64,000 nucleotides of DNA from the human T2T-CHM13v2.0 reference genome, Homo sapiens, in assembly GCF_009914755.1 (NCBI RefSeq), contig NC_060928.1; one strand, 5' to 3'. Both the position numbers and the translations under genes were made by a program. This document shows, piece by piece, positions 57,124 to 64,000 of this stretch (its first letter is position 1; every line of letters begins with the position of its first letter). The notes beneath the pieces were generated by a model. The model had not been told where the DNA came from, did no database searches, and saw only the letters and a program-made list of their open reading frames with translations.

Positions 57124-58656
57124 ACAATGAGATCACATGGTCACAGGAAGGGGAATATCACACTGTGGGGACTGTGGTGGGGTGGGGGGAGGGGGGAGGG
57201 ATAGCATTGGGAGATATACCTAATGCTAGATGACGAGTTAGTGGGTGCAGCGCACCAGCATGGCACATGTATACATATGTAACTAACCTGCACAATGTGC
57301 ACATGTACCCTAAAACTTAAAGTATAAAAAAAAAATGTCCTACATTATCTATCTGGCTACTGCTTTTCTTACAGACTTCTCTCACTCTGTCTGCCCCTTT
57401 CTCTATGAGGTCCACCAGGACTTTGTTCGATTTTACTAAAATCCTCACTTTTTAAGGACATCTGGCCTCAGAGCCCAGGTCACATTCCCTTATTATAAGC
57501 TCTGGTGGCCCCATATGCCTTACACATTTAGAGTGTACTTTCTGAATTGAACTAGACCTTAATATGTTTGCTTTCTGGGGGATAGGTGGCAGTCTTTCCT
57601 AGAAACATATGGGCTGCATTTATTTGCTATTGATCTTCAAATGCCTAGTACACTGAATGGGACACAGAAGGTACTCTATGAAGTTTTGATGATGAGATAA
57701 GCCCTGTGCCTGGTAAGGGCTGTGGCCATAATATCAGTTCTCATGAGAAGATTGATTAAATAAGTAAATTTATTAAGGATAATGGGAGACAGCTTCCTAT
57801 TAGAGAAGGAACTTTAAACAAGGAAAGAAAGGCTAAAGTGAACCTTGCGGTGCTGTATTAGAAAAGGAATTTTTGTATTGAACTTATGATTTTAAATATA
57901 GATAGAAAGTAGATGTTAATGTGTGTGTGGTAACACACAAATACATTCCTTAGTTCCATCCACTGAGAGGGCCTGGGAACCTTAGCATTTCCCCTGGAAG
58001 GCCTGCTCAATAACAATAAGCACACCTAGCACTCAGCTTTTGGCTTCTAAAGGTCCATTTTCAATGGAAAGTAACCATCGCTTGTTGGAAAATATCTGAT
58101 TCCAGGACTAGAGCAAGGGAAGTAGAAGATTAGTCAGAGACAGCTTATGTGACAAAGTCAGGAAGTACTCAACAAATGATGGGGACACATCAAGGGACAC
58201 AGAAACCAAGTTGAAGGGGATCCCACTGGGCATATCAGGGAAAACTTGAGCATCAAAATAATAGTGATAGTAAGGGATTATAACCCATTGGATTAGCTAG
58301 GAAACCAAAAGTACATAGTAATTTAAAAGGTAAACAAATAAAAGTTTAATAAGAAGTGGAACAGTCTCAAAGTAACTTCCTGAATTATTATTTTTAATTT
58401 CCAAAGGTAAAACTGTGGCTTCATAGTGACAAAGCATGGCAGAAACTGAGTTAATCAAGAAACTTTTTAAAAGTCCTGATTAATGGAAAAAATGGAAACA
58501 GTTTCTTCTGATAAGAGGCAGTAAGAACATAAGACCAATTCATTGGTATTCTTGCCAGAAATACATAACCCAAATCATGAAGAAAAGCCAAACAAACCTA
58601 AATCGAAGTACATTCTACAAAACAGCTGGCCTTAGATCTTCAAAAGTGGGAAGGTT

Positions 58657-59079
58657 GAGTGCATGGGATGTTTGTCTTTCTGTTTCTGGCTTATTTCACT
58701 TAACATAGTGATGTCTAGTTCCATCGTCTCATGGAGGCAGAGAGTAGAATGATAGATACCAGGGCCTGGAAAGAACGTGGGTTTGTCGGTGGGGGAGGGG
58801 GAATGAAAAGAGGTGGGTTAATGGCTAAAAACATATATTTAGATAGAAGGAATAAATTCTAGCATTTGATAGTAGAATGGGGTGACTATAGTCAGCTACA
58901 ATGTATTATATATTTCAATATAGCTAGAAGTGAGGATTTGAAATATCAACACATCAAAATGATAAGTGCTTGAGGGGATGGTTATCCTAAATAAACTGAC
59001 CTGATCGTTACACATTCTATTCAATAACAAAATATCACCTGTACCCCGTAAAAATTCATATTATGCATCAATTAAAAAA
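58657..59079 (+). mobile_element. 5'-inverted L1MA(4-7) 3' fragment
   Basis: Antisense 58657-58725, sense 58726-59079; TSD aaaagtgggaaggtt/aaaagtgtcaaggtt. Confidence 0.8.
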
Positions 59080-59262
59080 GTGTCAAGGTTATGAAAGCCC
59101 AGCCAAGACTGAAAAAGTCTTATGGAGTGAAGGAGACAAACAAGACATGACAAATGACTGCAACTCTTTATTATGAAATGAATACTTTAGCTACAAAGGA
59201 CTACGGGGAACATTTGAATGGTGGCATGTGAGGGTTAGATGGCAATAACGCCTCAGTGTTAA

Positions 59263-59525
59263 TTTTTTTTTTCTTTTTGAGGCAGGGTCCTGCTCAGTCA
59301 CCTAGGCAGGTATATAGTGGTATGATCATAGCTCACTGCAATCTCAACCTCCTGGACTCAAGAGATCCTCCTGCCTCAGCCTCCTGAGTAGCTAGGACTA
59401 CAGGCCCACGCCACCACATGCACATAATTGTTTACAATTTTTTTTTTGTAGATATGGGGGTCTTACTCTGTTGCCCAGGCTGGTCTGGAGCTGCTGGCCT
59501 CAAGTTACCTCCCCACCTCTGCCCA
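59263..59525 (-). mobile_element. AluJ, 5'-truncated
   Basis: tgatcatagctcactgca..ctcctggactcaag; TSD tgttaattt. Confidence 0.85.
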
Positions 59526-61837
59526 CTGTTAATTTCTTCATTTGAATGTTTGTGTTGTGGCTATCTTTCTTGGTAGAATAAAATATTCAGTGATAATGGA
59601 GCACCATTCCAGCAACTTATCAACTATTTTGAGGGAAAAAATGTTTATTATACTGTATATGTTAGTTTGAGATCGTTTCTAAACGAAAAGAAATAAATAA
59701 TGAAGATACTCCCAAAACAATGAAAAAGAAAGAAAGGAGAAATAAAGGAACAAAGGAAGGAAGGGAAGGAGGGAGAAACAAGGGCGAAATGAAAGAACAA
59801 AAGAAAGAATGCTAATGAAGGCAGGAAGACAGCCCTAGATCAGGGTGAAAAACCCATAGGCCAAATCCATCTGCCCTCTATTTTTATTGTGTTTCATGAA
59901 CTAAGAATGAGTTTTACATTTTTTACTGGCTAAAAAAATGAAAAGAATCATAATATTCTTGTCATTATTATTAAAATCATCACAATTATTATTAAAATAA
60001 TAAAATATTATATGAAATAATTATATTCCATATAATATACAAACATTATATGACACTCAGATTTCAGCATCCATACATACAGTTTATTGGAAAACAACCA
60101 CGTTCATTTATTTGCATATTGTCTATGACTGTTTTCATACAAGACAGAGCTGAGTAGTTGGAAGAAAGACCGTATCTAGTGCTTCATTGCTTCACACTCC
60201 TGTTTGCCCACAGTTAATGTCAGTGATACAATTATACCTCCACAGAGTTTTGAGTTCCATGTGCATCACCATACTATTTTACTTAACTCCCAGAGCACAC
60301 TCATCTTCTCAAAATATGAAGGGAAAAGTGGACTCTGAATGTTGCATTTTTAAGGCTCAGTGGAGTGTGGATTATTTTACCATTAAATTAGCTGTCAAAA
60401 CATTGTGTTTCTTATATAATGATGCCATATGTGTGCTAAAAAGTATAATCTACATCAACATTTTCAGACCAAGCACTCATCATATTCCCAACTAACTCAC
60501 AGGAAAGCAGCAATTAGAAAAAAAAGAACATTTGAAACTGAGTAGCTTATAACAACAAATGTTCTTCACGAAAATAACAAATGAAAATGAAGTTTCAACC
60601 AAAGTAAATTTTTGAGTGCCTTATTTGTTAGCCAAGCAACCCAAAACACTTACCAATCATGAGTTAATTAAATTGTATTTCATTGCAGCAGTGGAAGGAA
60701 TGTATCCAGAGAGAATAAACTTTAGGTTGGTAGGCTCTGGAGAGGATAGTGGATGGAAGAGATGATGTTGGGAGCAACATCAGTAGCTAGTTAAGAAGCT
60801 CTGCAAATGCATTTCACTGGTTTTCTTGGCTCTTGATAAGTCTACAGATGCTACCGATATTGCTTACTAGTTGTTGTTTATTTGAGAAAATAAACTCATC
60901 TGTGATGAGTTTTAAGAACTGAAGAATTCACCTCTATCATTAGCTGTATGGAAAAACTGCAGGAGAGGATATTTTCAAGGAAGTAGTGAAAACACGAATT
61001 CAGTGAAACTGATTTGGAATCTGCTAAGTTTGGTTACACCTGATGGTAAAAATTGCATGTGAAGTAGAAGAGTTAACTTGGACAAATTTATGCAGCTCAT
61101 GAAAATGTAAATATCTAAATCCTATGTCAATTCCTTGTATTATTCATCAATATGTACTTTGTGAAAGAAATTTGAACTATAATGTGTTATTGAATGCGTA
61201 ATGTCAACAGTGAACTTCACCTGCTCTAATGGATTTAACCATTGTATCTTCAGGTCTGCGTTTGTTTTTTTGTTTTGTTTTGTTTTGTTTTGTTGGTTTT
61301 TTTTTTTTGTCAGCAATAAAACCTGAATATTTTGAATTTTTCTACCACACAGCAGTTCAATGGCTTAAAGTTTTACTACAATTGTTTTGAGTTCAGGACC
61401 AAGATTTCAAATCTTTTGAACAAGAAAATCTACCCTCAACCACTACTGTATAACATTGAATGGATTTATAAATTAGTTTTTGCAGTGGTAACATTGATAA
61501 TTTGTTGAAATGAATTTAACATAAAATTAAAGATGAAACAGTGATGTCTAAAACTTACTCTGTGGTAGTAAAATCATTTCAATGACAATTAATGTTGTTT
61601 GGCTCACAAGTAATGTTAACTGGCTTTTTAACATCCCCTGTCATCAGAACTTAACAGAAATGGGAATATCATTATCCCCTCACAAATTTGCAACAGCTAA
61701 ATTTTCTGAGCTCAAACCACAGTTCTAGCAATGTCTTTCAGACAACATCGTAAGTACAGGAGAATTTTATTTTATTTTTAATTTTGATGTTTTATTTACT
61801 GTAGATTTTTGGCATTGATTTTCAGGGGTTTTTTCTC

Positions 61838-63469
61838 TTTTTTTTTTTTTATTATACTTTAAGTTCAGGGGTACATGTGCAGAATGTGCTGGTTTGTTAC
61901 ATAGGTATACACGTGCCATGGTGGTTTGCTGCACCCATCAACCCATCATCTATATTAGGTATTTCTCCTAATGCTATCCCTCCCCTGGTCCCTCACCCCC
62001 TGACAGTATCTGATGTGTGATATTCCCCTCCCTGTGTCCATGTATTCTCATTGTTCAACTCCCACTTATGAGTGAGAACATGTGATGTTTGGTTTTCTGT
62101 TTTTCTGTTAGTTTGCTGAGAATGATGGTTTCCAGCTTCATCCATATCCCTGCAAAGGACCTGAACTCATCCTTTTTATGGCTGCATAGTATTCCATGGT
62201 GTATATGTACCACACTTTCTTTATCCAGTCTATCATTGATGAGAATTTGGATTGGTCCCAAGCCTTTGCTATTGTGTACAGTGCCACAATAAACATACAT
62301 GTACATGTGTCTTTATAGTAGAATGATTTATAATCCTTTGAGTACATACCCAGTAATGGGATTGCTACATCAAATGATATTTCTGGTTCTAGATCCTTGA
62401 AGAATTGCCACACTGTCTTCCACAATGGTTGAACTAATTTACACTCCTACCAACAGTATAAAAGCGTTCCTATTTCTCCACATCCTTTCCAGCATCTGTT
62501 GTTTCCTGACTGGCATGAGATGGTACCTTATTGTGGTTTTGATTTGCATTTCTTTAATGACCAGTAATGATGAGCTTTTTTTCATATGTTTATTGGCTGC
62601 AACAATGTCTTCTTTTGAGAAGTGTCTGTTCATATCTTTTGCCCACTTTTTGATGGGGTTGTTTGTTTTTTCCTTGTAAATTTGTTTAAGTTCTTTGTAG
62701 ATTCCGAATATTAACGCTTTTTCAGATGGATAGACTGCAAAAATTTTCTCTTCTTCTGTAGGTTGCCTATTCACTCTGATGATAGTTTCTTTTGCTGTGC
62801 AGAAGCTCTTTAGTTTAATTATATCCCATTTGTCAATTTTGGTTTTTGTTACCATTGCTTTTGGTGTTTTAGTCATGACGTCTTTGCCCATGCCTATGTT
62901 CTGAATGGTATTGCCTAGGTTTTCTTCTAGATTTTTATGGTTTCAGGTCTTACGTTTAAGTCTTAATCCATCTTGAGTTAATTTTTATATAAGATGTAAG
63001 GAAGGGGTCCAGTTTCAGTTTTCTGCATATGGCTAGTCAGTCTTCCCAACACCATTTATTAAATAGGGAATCCTTTTCCCATTGTTTGTTTTTGTCAGGT
63101 TTGTCAAAGATCAGATGGTTGTAGATGTGTGGTGTTATTTCCGAGGCCTCTGTTCTGTTCCGTTGGTCTATATATCTGTTTTGGTACGAGTACCATGCTG
63201 TTTTGGTTACTGTAGCCTTGTAGTATAGTTTGAAGTCAGGCAGCATGATGCCTCCAGGTTTGTTCTTTTTGCTTAGAATTGTCTTGGCTATGTGGGCTTT
63301 TTTTTGGCTCCATATGAAATTTAAAGTATTTTTTTTGTTTGTAATTCTTGAAGAAAGTCAATAGTAGTTTGATGGGAATAGCATTGAATCTATAAATTAC
63401 TTTGGGCAGTATGGCCATTTTCATGATATTGATTCTTCCTATTCATGAGCATGGAATGTTTTCCATTTG
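61838..63469 (-). mobile_element. 5'-truncated L1PA7/8-like LINE-1
   Basis: Poly(T) then attatactttaagttcaggggtacatgtgcag; minus-strand ORFs match the ORF2 C-terminus, with frameshifts. Confidence 0.92.
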
Positions 63470-63762
63470 TTTATTTTTAATAGAGGGGGTCTTACTCTGT
63501 TGCCTAAGCTGAAGTTGAGTGGTGCAATCATAGCTCACTATAACTTTGAAATCCTGAACTCAAGAGATCCTCTTGCCTCAGCCTCCCAAGTAGCTAGAAC
63601 TACAGGTATGCACCACCACTCCTGCCTAAGTTTTATGTTTTTTTGTAGAGACTGGGTCTTGCTATGTTGCCCGGGCTGAACTTAAACTCCTGGCCTCAAA
63701 TTATCCTCCTGTCTTGGTCTCCCAAAGTATTGGAATTACAGGGCCGAATCACTGTACCTGGC
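63470..63762 (-). mobile_element. AluJ
   Basis: gcaatcatagctcact..ctcaagagatcctcttgcctcagcctcc..cccaaagtattggaattacag. Confidence 0.88.
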
Positions 63763-64000
63763 ATAAATTTTTATATTCCAAAACCTATTTAAATGTTTAG
63801 TTGAGGAGCTTCCACCTAACCCTCAATTGAAAGTGATTAATCTGTAATGTAATGGCACATAAAAAGGCAAATATAGAAAATAATCTAATAAAATTCTGGG
63901 TTTTCCAAATGATGAATATGCCAATCATGCGATTGTGGACTGATATCAATATTTGATAGTACCTAATTGTAAAAAATAAAGTTTTTAAAGATCAAATGTG

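Larger units (their letters stand above)
57740..59700 (+). mobile_element. L1MC3/4-like 3' end, interrupted by an L1MA and an AluJ
   Basis: tccactgagagggcctggga..agcacacctagcactcag..tggcttctaaa; resumes at 59091 and 59526. Confidence 0.7.
59840..64000 (+). mobile_element. Cheshire-like autonomous-type hAT-Charlie transposon with a decayed transposase; runs off the window end
   Basis: MER58B-like 5' end; translated remnants KVDSEC.IFKAQWSVDYF, LALD.STD, VTPDG, CIIHQ, TAV.WL and, after the inserts, FQN.F..EELPPN.QL plus an ISIF.ST-like hATC region. Confidence 0.82.

Overview
This is great-ape (probably human) non-coding genomic DNA, intergenic or deep intronic, made up mostly of interspersed repeats. 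I found no host protein-coding exon, RNA gene or CRISPR array. The only recognisable open reading frames belong to a full-length L1PA2-like LINE-1 (51299-57331, perfect 15-bp TSD): ORF1 and antisense ORF0 are intact, ORF2 is dead. The window also holds a decayed Cheshire-like hAT transposase (from about 59840 to the window end), a two-LTR gag-only ERVL provirus remnant (41202-43949), solo LTRs, Alus, MIR, L2, old L1 fragments and DNA-transposon MITEs. The most unusual signals not explained by the repeat list are locally generated inverted duplications: a ~430-bp imperfect palindrome (1534-1961, outer arms 94% identical), a hairpin insertion in an MLT2A1 LTR that also carries a perfect DUX4 site, and a perfect 41-bp palindrome overwriting an Alu 3' end. 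Other points of note are an orphan copy of part of a neighbouring LTR, a twin-primed old L1MA and a probable L1 3' transduction. I see no support for a novel gene system. Repeat family names come from remembered consensus sequences rather than a database search, and the boundaries of old repeats are approximate.
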